Assembly: GCF_006345805.1 (NCBI RefSeq)
Contig: NC_042998.1
Span: forward strand, 174,468,001-174,532,000
DNA from: Octopus sinensis
Lineage: Eukaryota
Length of the DNA: 64,000 bases
Direction: 5' to 3'
Under the pieces are notes generated by a model. It saw only the letters and a list, made by a program, of their open reading frames with translations, searched no databases and was not told the origin of the DNA. Below, piece by piece: positions 1 through 14,329 of this stretch. Both the position numbers and the translations under genes were made by a program. Numbering within the stretch: the stretch's first letter is position 1; each line of letters begins with the position of its first letter.

Positions 1-390
1 TACTTGAAATGGAAGATGAGAGTAGAGAGGGAAGTTTTGTCTAATGAAAAATTCAATAAAAGTGGGTGAATGTAGCAAGGATGGTACGCATCAATAAAGG
101 ACTTACTTTGAGCACGAACCTATAATATCAAATGTCTAAGGGCGCTTTGCTCTCATGGTTTTTTCTGAGGTTACCGTGGTACTTTTCGTGGGTTTTTTTT
201 TCTTTCCACGAATAACCCTAGTCAGTGTTTTATTTGCATCCCACTTTTGGGGATTTCATTTGTTCAAATAACACTTTATTATCCTTTGTGTACAAAGCCT
301 TTTCGATCCCTATTGATCAGTTTTGAAAAAAATTCTACATTGTATTGTTCCCTCTGTGTTCGGCCCTGCGTAGTTTTATAAATAAATCCA
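1..390 (+). mobile_element. 3' end and 3' UTR of a Tx1/L1-like non-LTR retrotransposon, followed by a degenerate (TCTA)n tract
   Basis: Translates YLKWKMRVEREVLSNEKF, homologous to HLKRKVRVERQVLSSECF at ~27540-27615 (minus). UTR motif CGATCCCTATTGATCA and AATAAA (381-386) match the 3' end of the 27120-28481 copy. Confidence 0.8.
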
Positions 391-809
391 TGCATCTACC
401 TACTTACCTGTCTCTCTCTCCCTACCTCCCACTTTCTCTCCTCACTCTTTCTCTCTCGCTCTCTTCCTCTATCTATCTATCTATCTATCTGTCTACCTAC
501 TTGCCTGGCTCAATTATGAGACACACATATCATTATTTCTCTCTTGTCGTGTCTATGTATTTATTTATGGGTGCTGATTTTTTTCCTGTCAATTACTCTC
601 AATAACTTCTTGTCCTTTCTTCATTTAATTTGAAAAGTAACCCACTTTTTCATCCCTTTATCTCCAACCAGTCATCTTCATTCTGACCTTTCTGTCAATT
701 TTTTCATCAATCATTTCCATTCTGTACTTTCCAAGCTTTTACCATATTTTTAGCGTCGTTACACACACACACACACACACACATACACATGTTCATAGAT
801 ATATATATA

Positions 810-880
<71 letters not shown>

Positions 881-1229
881 ATATATTATATATATATATA
901 TAATTTTTACATCAGTTGAATAATAGTTACTCACTGCTAACATTCTGATTTAGTTCCAGTATTCATTTCATTGGCTTCTCTTCACATTTCACTACTTCAC
1001 TGCCTCTGTTTGTGTTAGCAATGTTTGCCATCAGTTGCGAGGTAGGCAACGAGAATTTACTCTTTTCCTCATATTGTTAGTGATGATTTTAACTTCGATA
1101 CAGGTATTTATTTTGCACGCGTTTGTCACTGGAATGTGGTCTTGCTGGGACACTAACTTTAAAGGCTTTATTCAATTACATGCTTTAATAGTATCCTCCT
1201 CCCTCCCTCCTTTCCCCCCTTCCCGTTGT

Positions 1230-1720
1230 CTGTGTCCGATTAGTATTTGCGAGGGGAGGTCATCGGATACGGAATGTGTGTCGTTACTCAGCTGGAAGAG
1301 ATATCTTCCTGGGGCTATAAACGTCAGTAGCACTGTTCTGTAAAGAACGCCACACTTGGTTGACAAATATATGTTTCGATTCCGTATTGTTACTGTTTAT
1401 ATCTCGCTCAGAGATTTAATATAGCTTATTTCTCCTTTTTCGAGATCAACGACAAACTGTCGCTGAAAAAAAGCATATAGTATTTTGTGAGTTGAGTAAG
1501 TTTTCAACACTAGCTGGTGATTAACACATGCTGAGGACGGGCAGCCACCCAGAAACTCGAGTCCATGTGTATCACGTAAGGCTAGGGATGGGAACGATGA
1601 TCTCCCCTCGCAAATACTAATCGGACACAGAATGTATGTGTTAGCCAGCTGGAAGAGATGTCTTCCTGGGGCTATAAACGTCTGTAGTACTCTCCCGTAT
1701 AGGACGCCAAACTTCGTTAG
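1230..1720 (+). mobile_element. ORF-less Penelope/retrozyme-like element: 36-bp inverted segment + partial direct repeat + ~357-nt unit with HHR + (TA)n
   Basis: 1230-1265 is the reverse complement of 1595-1630 (1 mismatch); 1273-~1370 is a diverged direct repeat of 1631-~1718; HHR at 1524-1570; ends in (TA)n. Confidence 0.65.
1524..1570 (+). ncRNA. Minimal type I hammerhead ribozyme
   Basis: ACACATG-CTGAGGA-C.GGG cagcca CCC.A-GAAA-CTCGA-GTC-CATGTGT: 7-bp helix I, intact CUGANGA/GAAA core, palindromic helix III (CTCGAG), GUC triplet; predicted cut after 1563. Confidence 0.85.
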
Positions 1721-1725
1721 CTATT

Positions 1726-1779
<54 letters not shown>

Positions 1780-1985
1780 TCCAAACATGAAAGCACAAAA
1801 AAACACAGCAACGCGAGGACGTGGAACAACTATAGTATTATTGGACGCTCAGGAAAGAAGGAAAGAAGGAGGGTTTAACGTTTCGAGCGGAGCTCTTCGT
1901 CGGAAACATAGGAGAAGGAAAGATCCAGAGAAGGGAAGACAGAGGGAAAAAAATCGCCAACGGTACACACGCGTCACAGTCATCT
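1780..1985 (-). mobile_element. Penelope-type terminal-repeat fragment with minimal HHR-like motif (1873-1907)
   Basis: Minus strand GTTT-CCGACGA-A-GAGC tcc GCTC-GAAA-CG-TT-AAAC (U4C core change). Homologous to 51140-51330; abuts (TA)n. Confidence 0.6.
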
Positions 1986-2019
1986 ATTCTCACCAGGTAT
2001 ACTGGTGATACAAAAGCAT

Positions 2020-2945
2020 CACTAGTGGTCAAGGACCCTGATTATATACTAAACCTGCAAAATGATCTACATGCAATATACAAATGGATTGATGATAATG
2101 ATATGCAGTTCAATGCTGATAACTTTCAAGCGCTCTTGTTATCGACCCACAAACAGACTACAATCGGAATACACAGTACCAGGGGTAGTGCAATCCCAGA
2201 GACAGAGTCGGTGCGTGACGTAGGGAATCACATGAGTAATAATGCAGCATTCTTTGTGCATATTAACAACCTGGCAACACTGCAGACAAATAGCTGGATA
2301 GATCGTGAGACCATCCAGGACCAGCAAAAAGGATTCCATGCTACTCCTATGGATAACTTGCGTCCTCAGTCGTCTGGATTACTGCTCTCAACTGTGGTCA
2401 CTGAAGAGCGTCAAGCTGGTGGCGGCACTTGAGGCAGCTCCACTGTACGAAAATGATTGATTCAGTGAAACATGAGCTATTGGGAGAAGCTAAAGAAACT
2501 AAAGCTCTACTCCCTAAAGAGAAGTCGAAAAAGATATGCAGTGATATACATATGGAAGATCCTGGAAGATCAAGTTCCCAATTTTGGAACTGAGAGTTAT
2601 GCCAAACACCAAACTGGACGGCACTGTATAGTACCAATGATCCTGTCTTCTCTATCAAAAATAAGGAACTATTACTGTAACAGCTTGTTTTTCAAAGGTC
2701 CACAATTATTCAAGATTCTGCCAAACAACCTCAGAGATTTGCGATGAGTAGTAGTGGAGGTCTTCAAAAAGCGTCTGGACAAATTGTTATCTGATGTCTC
2801 AGATGAACCCTCATCACGGTAGGTGGCACAAAGGGGAGCATCTCCATCCAACTCGCTACTTCACCAAAAACAAAGCACAAAAACGAAGCTCAATTACACT
2901 GAAATGCGGTGCTTCGGCATGGCCGCAGCCTATGGTTGAAACTAG
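2020..2945 (+). mobile_element. 5'-truncated, frameshifted CR1-clade LINE (RT C-terminus to 3' tail)
   Basis: LQNDLHAIYKWIDDNDMQFNADNFQAL and SYWEKLKKLKLYSLKRSRKRYAVIYIWKILE; homologous to 8763-9940. Confidence 0.85.
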
Positions 2946-3480
2946 TCAATGATATCAATACGCTTAATTTTGACTGATTTTGTACGTTGTGTGTCACATT
3001 TACTTCGAAGGAAGAGGTAAAAAGGTTGAAGGGAGAGGTACAAAGAAAAGGAGAAATAAAAAGTATTAAGCAGACTGGCTGTAAGTGACAAAGCGGGATA
3101 GAGGGGAAGGACAGAAGCAGAAGAAGTGTAGTTGAAGTGAGAAGCAAAGCTGCCAAGAGGAGGAAGTAAGAGAGGAGGAGTGAGAGAGAGAGAGAGAGCG
3201 AGAGAGGGGGAGGGAAGGAGGGATTGATAGCGCTGAGAGGTAAGAGAAATATAACGCGTTAAACGCGAGAAAAATAACGCGTTAAAGGAAGGCGGACACT
3301 TAAAGACAATGAGACACAGAGGAGAGAAAGGGGAGGGAAGGGAAAAGAGAGAGATTTAAATAGATTGAGTAAAGGAAGGGAGTGGATAGAGAATAATTGC
3401 GAAAACGCTGAAAAACTCTCCGTTTTCGACAATATTATGATAAAACCGATATTATGTTAATTGCAAAAAGAAATATTGTC

Positions 3481-3486
3481 TACCTC

Positions 3487-3523
<37 letters not shown>

Positions 3524-3650
3524 TTATCTGCCTGTCTGTCTGTCTGTCTGTCTGCCTGTCTATCAATCTACCTATATATCTATATGTCTGTCTGTCTATC
3601 TATCTGTCTGTCTATCTATCTATCTTCTATCCGTCTATCTGTCTATCTAT
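3481..3650. repeat. (TCTA)n/(TCTG)n compound microsatellite
   Basis: Directly visible; abuts the truncated Tx1 ORF2. Confidence 0.95.
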
Positions 3651-6596
3651 GAAACGCTGGAGATGTCGCAGTCTCAGCACATGTCTACGCATCATCAACT
3701 ACGGCAGACCAAGTCCTCCATTTTGCAGATGTTGATAGCAAATGGATCGCCTAACCATCGGAACGCTTCCCCTCCACAAAAAGCGGAAGAATGTGCGTTC
3801 CAGTTTTGTGATGGTAAGGTCGAAACAAGGCACAACGGTCAGACGTTAGTAGATGACGGAAGCGATGTACGCATTCGCCACCTCAGCTCGACCTTTTAGA
3901 GATAGCTTTCTCTCAGCCCATAGCTGGGTGAGAGTGGTCGCCCTGCTCCGTATCTCATCCCAGTTCTTCCCCATTTGGATATCTGAACTGAATCAGCCCC
4001 CGAGCAATTTAACCGGTCCGTCGGTCCAGTGTCCCACGATGGAGACGTTGTTGGATGGCATGGGCTTGCTTCTCCAGGTGCCGAGCTGCAAGCCCACTGA
4101 CTTCTGCCCGGCACGACGCATGTTTACGCCTTGTCGACAAGTTTCTCGATGACAAGAGGCAGCCTCTCAGCTAGCACCTTGGCCAAAATTTTCAAATCTG
4201 CATTGAGCAATGATAGGCCGGAAATTATTTATAACGTTTCCCTTGTTTGGGTCTTTCTTTAGCAGTATCATCGCTCCTCGACTCACAAAACTGGGGATAC
4301 TCCCGTTTTGTTGCCAGTTGCAGTAGACTGTTGCTAAGGCATCTCCAAAAAAGACTGGAATATGGCAATAAAGCTCGTAGGGCAGACTATCCAAGCTCGG
4401 CGATTTGTCTCTCACGCAGCCTTACATCAGCAGCTGTAATGGAACCTTTACAACACACCGCCTCTCTTGCCGAGAGTCGTGACAGGTCATGCAGGTAGGC
4501 ACTAAAGTCTATCCTGCGTTCCGACCCACCAGTTGTCCCAAACAGTCGGGGGAAATGTTGCTGAAAGACTCAAAACATCCTTTCGAGCTCAAGCAACTCG
4601 CACCCCTGTTGGTCTATCAAGGACCAAAAGGTGGCTTTGTTGCCACGTTGCGCCTCCGCCACCCGGGCCTCTCGGGCGGCACCAGTTCCCTCGTTTCTCA
4701 GGGCACGCATCCTAGCTCTGACAACGCAGCCTTCGTGTTTGGCGTTGAATTATTGGTCAAGAGCCAACCTCACCGCCAGCACGTTGGTTACGATGCCACT
4801 TCTAAGTGCCTGTTTTAATTTCTTAACTGGGCCTTCCTCTATTTTATTTCATTCTATCGCTAAACCCTTGCCATACCTAACCGATTCTGCTTTAATTGCC
4901 CTCTTTAGGGCAAACCACCATTTTGTTGTTGACAATGGCTTCCGTCAACGCCCTCCTAACTAATGTACTAATCCGGTGTAAAAGTATCACGCCGGGAGCG
5001 ATGCGTTCAGCTTCCAGTGTCCGGGACCCTGCCTATGATTCTGATCTAAGTCGAGCGTACAGGTCACGAATTTGTCATCTGTGTAGCTATGTGAAATTGT
5101 GGACAACATACACTATCCCTATCTACTGTCCTACAAAATACTCTATCTAAATACGTCTGGACGACCCAATGCGGTTGGTCCATGTTCACATTGGCACATT
5201 CGGGTAGTCCAGCCGGTACCTGTCGAACAGTTGGAAACGTATGAGCAGGTCTTTGAGGCATTTGCATTCTCTTCTCTTCCTATCTATACCTACTTAGCCT
5301 AGACGCGTGTCCAAGATAGCGTTCCAATCCCTTACTAATAGTAAAGGTCCAGACGCTCCCAGGAAAAACCTCTAAATGTCGAAAGAAATCCGACGAGCCA
5401 AACAACGATGGTGCGTATACCGTTATCAGTCGAAGAGCACACCTATTACTGCCATCGACATCCAAGACGACCAGCCTACTCTCCGGGTCTAAGAATACTG
5501 CCCTTACTTTGAGATCCAGACCCTTTCGAAAAAGCACCACGGTACCACCGCCGTCTATTCTCGGCAGACACGGAGAAAAATAAATGTCGAATTGTCCGCC
5601 GAACATGGGCTTGAGGCCCGCGGGTTGGAGAGTCTGGTTTCGCTGATGACTGTCATATCTACATTTAGTGACTTGATATCATTCAACAGGTAACCTTGTT
5701 TCCATGGCGACCTCAAGCCACGCACATTTATACCACCTAGTCTGAGCATGGACCTAGCGAAAGTTTGGTTTGACACACAAAGAGGGAAATGAGATATTCT
5801 CTGTCTCAGTAGTTTCCGTGAGGAGATTCTTGTAAAGTGTTTTTGACAAATGTTTTTGAAATTTCCCTACCGCATTAGGACAGAGAGATTTCATTAATTT
5901 GTGTGTGCTTTGTGTAGTGTGTAAAATTTGTATGTGTTGTGGTGGTGGTGTTAAGCAACAAGACGAGTAAGGGTGATTTCACTGCATCCGTTCTGTGGGT
6001 TGGGAGACGTCTGGCAGGTCGGGAGAGGAAGTCCACTTTTCCCAGATCCGAAGGACAAGGAGAGGGTCCCTGGCCAGAGCGTCTGGGGGGGGGAGGTTCG
6101 TCTTGTTGTAGTCGAAGGTTCTTCGTCAGCGCCCGACACCATTGGGAAGTGGCCCCCGAAGTCGCTGGAAATGGTGGTGTTGGTGGTGGTGGTGGTGGTG
6201 GTGGTGGTGGTGGTGGTGGTGGTGGTGGTGGTGGTGGTTGTGGTGGCGGCGGTGGTGGTGGTGGTGGTGGTGGTGGCGGCGGTGGTGGAGGCGGTGGTGG
6301 AGGCGGTGGTTGTGGTGGTGGTGCCGCTTCTGTTTTTTGGTGATGTCGAATCTGCTGATGGTGATGTTAATTGGTTGGGTTGGTTGGTGTAGCTGTTTCA
6401 TCTGTTGTTGCTGTAGTTGTACTGATGGTGGTGTGGGTAACAGTGCTGGTTTGCTGATGGTTGTTGTTGTTGTTCCTGTAATGTTGGGCAGTCGACCTTG
6501 AGGTGGTTTTTGTTACCACTAAGGTAACAACGTAGACTTCTGCCTGCCACGCGCACATGTAAGTTTGTGCGCCCGGCAGTTTTAGTAGGCCTGGGA
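3651..6596 (-). mobile_element. Decayed Tx1/L1-like retrotransposon: ORF1 remnant (zinc knuckle, Pro-rich tract), APE endonuclease, internally deleted RT; 3' truncated
   Basis: CYLSGNKNHLKVDCP knuckle (~6485-6529); LRLGGINVRGL...ISETRL (APE N-terminus, 5555-5776); LDSLPYELY...ILLKKDPNKGNVINNFRPI (RT N-terminus). YADD region appears deleted near 4110; ends at ...GGLGLP...[11 protein letters not shown]. Confidence 0.88.
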
Positions 6597-6597
6597 C

Positions 6598-7210
<613 letters not shown>

Positions 7211-7274
7211 ATATATAGACAAACAAATGCACTATAGTGCTACACACACACACATATACACACACACACGCACA

Positions 7275-7320
<46 letters not shown>

Positions 7321-7429
7321 GTTATGGTTGGCAGTTCCGTTAGAAACCGAGACAACAACAATGAAAGAAATGGTACTCAATGCATCAAGTCAAGGCTGTA
7401 TTGATTTCTTTTAGGGGCGACACCTACTG

Positions 7430-7480
7430 GATGAGTACTGTTTCATTCTTGGGAAATTCATCAGAGAGAGGAATGTCTAT
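7430..7480 (-). ncRNA. Degenerate hammerhead-like motif
   Basis: Minus strand CTGATGA-ATTT cccaa GAAT-GAAA-CAGTACTCATC resembles the 23417-23450 motif; helix I does not pair. Confidence 0.35.
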
Positions 7481-7620
7481 GGAGTTTCCTCACTGAAGCA
7501 TTTTTGTGTAGAAGTGGATTTGGAGAAAATTTGTCGATTGGTATTGATTGTAGACTAGTGAAGGAACTGATTGATCAGTAGAATTAGAAAAATATTTTAA
7601 TAGGAAGTAATGAAAATATA

Positions 7621-8035
7621 GGCGCAGGAGTGGCTGTGTGGTAAGTAGCTTGTTTACCAGCCACATGGTTCCGGGTTCAGTCCCACTGCGTGGCACCTTG
7701 GGCAAAAGTCTTCTGCTATAGCCTTGGGCCGACCAAAGCCTTGTGAGTGGATTTGGTAGACGGAAACTGAAAGAAGCCCGTCGTATATATGTATATATAT
7801 ATATATGCGTGTGTGTGTTTGTGTGAGTGTGTTTGTCCCCCTAGCATTGCTTGACAACCGATGCTGGTGTGTTTACGTCCCCGTCACTTAGCGGTTCGGC
7901 AAAAGAGACCGATAGAATAAGTACTGGGCTTACAAAAGAATAAGTCCCGGGGTCGAGTTGCTCGATTAAAGGCGGTGCTCCAGCATGGCCGCAGTCAAAT
8001 GACTGAAACAAGTAAAAGAGTAAAAGAGTAAAGAG
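7621..8035 (+). mobile_element. tRNA-derived SINE group 1 (tRNA head, CORE-like segment, internal microsatellite, CR1-like 3' tail)
   Basis: A/B-box-like head (GGCTGTGTGGTAAG...GGGTTCAGTCCC), tail GCGGTGCTCCAGCATGGCCGCAGTCAAATGACTGAAAC + (GTAAAAGA)n; many copies in the window. Confidence 0.9.
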
Positions 8036-8762
8036 TATGTGATTAAGAAGTTCGCTCGGCAACTACATGATTTTGGGTTCAGTCCCACAATTCAGCACCT
8101 TGGGCAAGTGTTTTCTACTGTAACCAACCCGAGCTAGTAAAATCTTCTGAGTTTGATAGACAGAAACTATGAAGAATTCTGTCATATGTGTGCGTATGCA
8201 TGTCAGTGCTTGCCTCCGACAGGTTGCCAAATGGTGCTGGTTAGTATGAGCAAAAGGTTCGCCATGATAAGTACAAGATTTAAATTTTGTAATGGGATCA
8301 AATTTATCAACTAATGGCCTCAATGCATGTCCCAGCATACCTGTAGTACAATGACTGAAAGAATTAAAAGTACATGTGTGTGTGTACTATTTTTTTACCG
8401 CTTACTCAGAGGGGAAGGACAAATTGGATTCCTTTGCTAAAGGCATTTATGCATCAGATGGTACTTGAACTCACAATGCAAAGAGCCGAAATAATTAGTG
8501 TCCCATACTCTAAGAATTCCGCCAAGCCACTGCCCTTGACCGACACTATTTTATTGACCCATAGAGAATGAAAAGTAAAAGCAGTCTGAATCAGATTTGA
8601 AATCAGAGCGCAAAGAGGCAGAATAGACACTACTAAGCATTTCGTCTGACAATCTGACGACTATGCCAACGTGTATACACGTTCAGGTGCGTGTAGCGTG
8701 TTGCGTGTGGCTGAATGTGTGCATGTATGTGTGTCTGTATACATATATATATATATATACAT

Positions 8763-9940
8763 AGGCGGGAAACTTGGAGAGTGGCTGCACAACTTCCTAA
8801 AAGACAGAAAACAGGCAGTTGTGAGCAATGGAGCCACTTCCAGGGAAACGCAAATAACAAGCGGTGTCCCACAGGGCACTGTCTTGGGGCCACTGATGTT
8901 CATAGTGGCCCTTTCAGACATGCCTTCAGTTGCTACGATGACCACCCTTGCTAGCTATGCAGATGACACAAAAGTCTCCCACGCAATACAAAACCCTGAA
9001 AATATTGTGCATCTGCAACATGAGCTGGACACAATATACAGGTGGGCTGAGGACAACAACATGCAGTTTAATGCAGGTAAGTTCCAGGCCCTGCGCTACT
9101 GGCACACAAAGGTAAATGACGTGAAGACTGGATACACTGGCCCAGGAAGAATTGCAATCCCTGAGTCAAAATCAGTGCGTGACCTGGGCATTGACATGAG
9201 CAATGATGCATCTTTCCAAATGCATATTGCTAATCTGGTGATAAAATGCAGACGGCTAGCTGGATGGATTCTCCGAACTTTCAGAACAAGAGAGAAGGAG
9301 ACACTGATGGTCCTATGGAAAACATTTGTCCTCAGCCGCTTGGACTACTGCTCCCAACTTTGGTCACCACACAATATAAAACAAACAGCAGAACTCGAAG
9401 CAACTCAGAGAAGCTACACAAAGAAAATCGTCTCAATGCAAAATGTCAGCTACTGGGAAAGACTGAAGGTATTAAACCTCTTCTCCCTGGAGCGGAGGCG
9501 GGAGAGATATGCAGTGATATACATCTGGAAAATCCTGGAGGGTCTTGTCCCAACTTTGGCATTCAAAGTTACTCCAACCGCAGAACGGGGCGCCGCTGCG
9601 TGGTGCCAAGGATTCCAACATCACCATCAAAATACAGGTCCAGATACTGCAACAGCTTGGGTTTCAGAGGACCACAGCTCTTTAACATCCTCCCTAAATG
9701 CCTGAGAGACTTACATGGTGTGGATGTGGGTTTCTTTAAAACTAAACTGGATCTCTTCTTGTTGGGAGTCCCAGATGAACCTACCTCACGACAGGAGACA
9801 CGGATGCGGGCAGCAGCATCGAACTCCCTTGTTGATCAAGTGCCACGTATCAGAGGTGGATTCACAAACTAGTGTAGCTCATTCAGCGGTGGTGCCCCAG
9901 CATGGCCGCGGCCTTCGGGCTAAAACATTTTTAAGGATTT
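8763..9940 (+). mobile_element. 5'-truncated CR1-clade LINE with RT domain, inserted after (TA)n
   Basis: ORF 8671-9705 contains SGVPQGTVLGPLMF and YADDTK; frameshift near 9550 continues in the 9246-9872 frame; intact 3' tail. Confidence 0.92.
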
Positions 9941-9988
9941 AAGGATATACATATACATACATATTTACACATATATATATATATACAT

Positions 9989-10019
<31 letters not shown>

Positions 10020-11348
10020 CATATACACATATATACACACATATCTGTGGGAGGGGAGATAATATGAAGGGTGAGAAGAAGTAATGCAAGCAAATATACT
10101 TTTCAACAGTGATAAATAAATAAATCCATAGAAAGGTAGATAGATTGACAGGCAAATTGAAATAGCGACAATGATGACAGCAAGAAAGATTGAACGGTGA
10201 ACAATAGCAATTCGATACTCTTAACAGTAATGAATGAGCGCGAGAAGCTGTATAGTTGCTATGGCGATCAGATTCATCTTATATGAAAAGTAATTAAGAA
10301 TTTATTTGATAATCGTCTCTCCTTTATTTTTTCTCTTCTCGGTTTTTCTCTTCTCCAGTTCTCCCTCTTCCCCTTTCTCTACCCGCTTTTCTCTTCCCAT
10401 CATCTCACTTTTCCCTTGTTCTTTCACTCTATATCTACTTCTCTTTCAATCTTTCCCAACTTCTTTCTCTCTTGCTGTCTTTGTCTTTCCCATTTCTCTC
10501 AATCTTTCCGTGTCTTGCCGCCGACGACACGCTTTTCGAAGATGTAAGAGAGATTGATAAAGAATACGTAGCAATGGATGTAGTAATTATTAAAATTAAT
10601 GATGCCAGATCAAACTGGCGTAAATTGCTTTCTGTATTGGTTTTCTCTGACTTTGTCTGGATATGTTGCTGGTTTATGTCTCTATATTCTGTTGCTGCTG
10701 TTTTTATTTTCATTTTTATTTTATTCTTTCGTTTTGTTTTTTGTTTTTGTTTTTTTAACTCCATTATCTTTTATTCTCTTAATTTCAAGTCGTGGATATT
10801 TATTTCACTTCTTAATTTCAATTGACATTATGTTATGTTGACTTATACAGAGAAATATATTTATAGTCAAGGAATTGAATTGAAGAATTTTGTGAATAAA
10901 ATCGTTGTTAGAGAAACGAAGCAAAAAAAAAAACCTTTACATAAATGATATAACTTTTCATTAGAATGTGCCATAAGTTAATATACAAGTGATAACAAAA
11001 TCTATGGTTTTAATTAAACAAAACCAATCAAAATTTTCTATGATCAAATCAAATGTTCGAAAAAGTTTGCTTTTTATCGGTTTCTGACTGGTAGGCACAA
11101 ATCAGTTGTAAATATAAAGTTGTGGTAATACCAACCGGAACGCCTTTGACGACTATGGCTGACTTGGTAGCAACATCAACACTATGCTGTACTACAATGG
11201 AGAGGGGCTTTCAGTATGCTAGAAATAGCCACCAAGTTTCCTCTAGAGGAGAGTTAGAGTAAATAATGAAATTGCAGATGCCCTATTGTCTGAATAAAAA
11301 AAAGACAATAAATCTAAATGAGTGTTACAAGGCAATATTTATTTTACA

Positions 11349-11749
11349 GGCGCAGGAATGGCTGTGTGGTAAGTAGCTTGCTTACCAACCACATGGTTCC
11401 GGGTTCAGTCCCACTGCGTGGCACTTTGGGAAAGTGTCTTCTACTATAGCTTCGGGCCGACCAAAGCCTTGTGAGTGGATTTGGTAGACGGAAACTGAAA
11501 GAAGCCTGTCGTGTATATGTATATATATATGTGTGTGTTTGTGTGTCTGTGTTTGTTCTCCCAACATCGCTTGACAACCGATGCTGGTGTGTTCATGTCC
11601 CCGTCACTTAGCGGTTCGGCAAAAGAGACCGATAGAATAAGTACTAGGCTTACAAAGAATAAGTCCCAGGGTCGAGTTGCTCGACTAAAGGCGGTGCTCC
11701 AGCATGGCCACAGTCAAATGACTGAAACAAGTAAAAGAGTAAAAGAGTA
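11349..11749 (+). mobile_element. SINE group 1 copy
   Basis: Near-identical to 7621-8035. Confidence 0.9.
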
Positions 11750-14111
11750 AGCTCGTGGCTGTTCTATATTATTTTTTAAGATATGCACAAAACCAAGAAT
11801 TTTGTGGAGAAATATAGATGATCTTATCAACTCGAGAAAGATTCTACCTTCACTCAGACATTTCCAGACCACTCGTCTCTCCTCCACTAATTCTTTTTTT
11901 TTTTTTTTGAGCAATCGTCCCAGACCTTGCACTACGCCCAGTCCTTTCTTTTCCCTTTGCTTATCTCCCTAACGTTATTAACTTGTAAAGATTCAAGAGA
12001 AGCACTAAGGACATTAAACTCCTACTCCTAATATAGGAGAGTTTGCGAAGGCTATGGCAATTTGCCTTCCCGTAGACAGAGCGAGTAAATAGAAAAAAAG
12101 GAATTAGTAAGATTTGAACTCAAACCATAAAAGTTATACAAGTAAAAGATGCATGGCATTTTATCCGGTTGCCCTATTGGTTCTTCAGTCCACTGATGGT
12201 CATGTCTCTTACAAACATTAAAAAAGTAATGTAGTTAGAAAACTAAAGACTAATGTGTCTATGTACGTCTATGTATAACTATATATACTATATATGTGTC
12301 TAAATTGTTCAAATACACTAAATAGATATGAACCAACTCATGCCCTTGGTATATTTTGTTATTTCACTAACATAAGAAATATAACTGTTTTTGAGCGTAT
12401 CTGTATATAGGAATGGTATTGGGGAAAGAAAAGAGTGTGGGTGGCACAATACTCTAGTTCACAGCAGATTCAAAGAATATCTCGTTGCATAAGTTACTAC
12501 ATAAATCTCATGCCAAAATGTTATTCTTACTGTCTCTTTACATTTCTGATTACCTAATACGATGTCTAGCTCTTCTACAAGACGGAAATAACGTTATATA
12601 TTATCCCTATTTTATCATTGTGTATATTTACATCTCGTTAACAATATCTGCTGATTCATAAATCATTACGATTTATATTTCACTCTGTATCATCCACTCA
12701 ACACAACCAAAATTGACAAATTATTCATTTCTATCTTAAAGTTTTTATTAAAAGAGTACGCTGTTTGATTTTCTACTTAGAATCTTGTCCATTACCCCTT
12801 AGACTGGCAGGTCTATGAAACAGTTGTTTTCTCAGATTATTTAATAAAAATGGGCACAATTTGGTGAATGTTTAGGTGGCATATAGCATGGCCAAATCAC
12901 TTCAAGGATTTTAAACGGTCTTCTTTTCGAAACATTTTGCCAAACTTTTTATTAATTAAACATCAGGCTAAATAGTAGTTTCTTCCGTTTATTGCGCCTA
13001 TGTTGTATAACCAAATAAAGCGAAAATGTTTGTATCTAACATTTAACTTTGTATCTAACATTTAAGACAACTAATATATTATTCCTAAAATGAGTTTAAA
13101 AAAACCCTCGAGCCACATCTATGATCTGATTTGATTTCCTGTGTATAAACATTAAAGGAAATATTCATGTTAAACAGTAGCATTTTCCCTCCTTAAATGC
13201 AGCGTTATGTTCCTATGTAAGAAATATAAACAATCTTTTAAAGTGAAACTAAGTAAGAGGCAGGATTGGTTATCATTAATTATCACAATGCTTGTTTCAA
13301 CACCGCTAGAAATGAGATGTTTGATTAGTGTATTTGGTTAGAATGTCATTAAGATATTCAGTGTATCCAATTTCAATTTCTCGTGTGTTCTTCGTGTTTT
13401 AAGATGATAGGAGTTAGGTTTGGAGGAGATTTGATTGCTACTTGTAGCGAGTAGAGTTGCACATAGAAGATTCTTCGTTGGTTCAATCAGATATTATTTA
13501 TTTCTACATCAATCTTGACTGAGCAAACCAATAATAAAAGGCATTTCAGCCCTGAGAATCTTCACTTTACTTTCTAGTCACAATGTATAGGGTATCCTGG
13601 GCTACATTATCCATTGTCTTTCCATTTTTAGCACAGTAAGATCTGACCCAAGGAAAATTTAGCTGTTATTTCTATCAGATAGAGATAGAGCAACATGTAA
13701 AGCCTCCCTCATTGGTGTGTTTTGTAGAAGTCATATGAGGTGGTGGAACGACAGAAGTAGTAGAGCAACACAGTAAAGACTTTGGAGTATTCAATTCAAT
13801 ACATCTCTGAATGCATAGAATTAAATACTCCGAAGTCGACTTCACTTTCCACCTTTCTAGGGTTGATAGCAGCAGTAAAAGACATCAAATACACACAACC
13901 ATATCAATGTTATTGAGGGTAATACTCAATAACACAGATATGCAACATATAAAAATATTAGGAATGACAACGCTTCTACAACATTGACAACACGTACAGA
14001 ATATGCTTGGTTCCAGGTCGATTAATTTCATCATATACATTTAAAGTCTTCAAGATTTATTCGAGGCAAACAGTATACAAACACAGAACACTCAACCCAA
14101 TGAGACGAATG

Positions 14112-14201
<90 letters not shown>

Positions 14202-14208
14202 GCTCGCG

Positions 14209-14240
<32 letters not shown>

Positions 14241-14329
14241 GTATGTGTATGTAGAGATTCACTCTATCACTCTGTAAGAGATTTTTTTTATCTCTATTTA
14301 CTTGTTTTAGCTATTAAACTGCGGCCGAG

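Noticed and set aside
5939-6501. Poly-Gly/Val/Trp/His ORFs
   Set aside because: (GGT)n expansion inside the Tx1 ORF1 remnant, not a host gene.
7621-7700. tRNA genes at SINE heads
   Set aside because: A/B boxes are present but no complete cloverleaf, and each continues into a SINE body.
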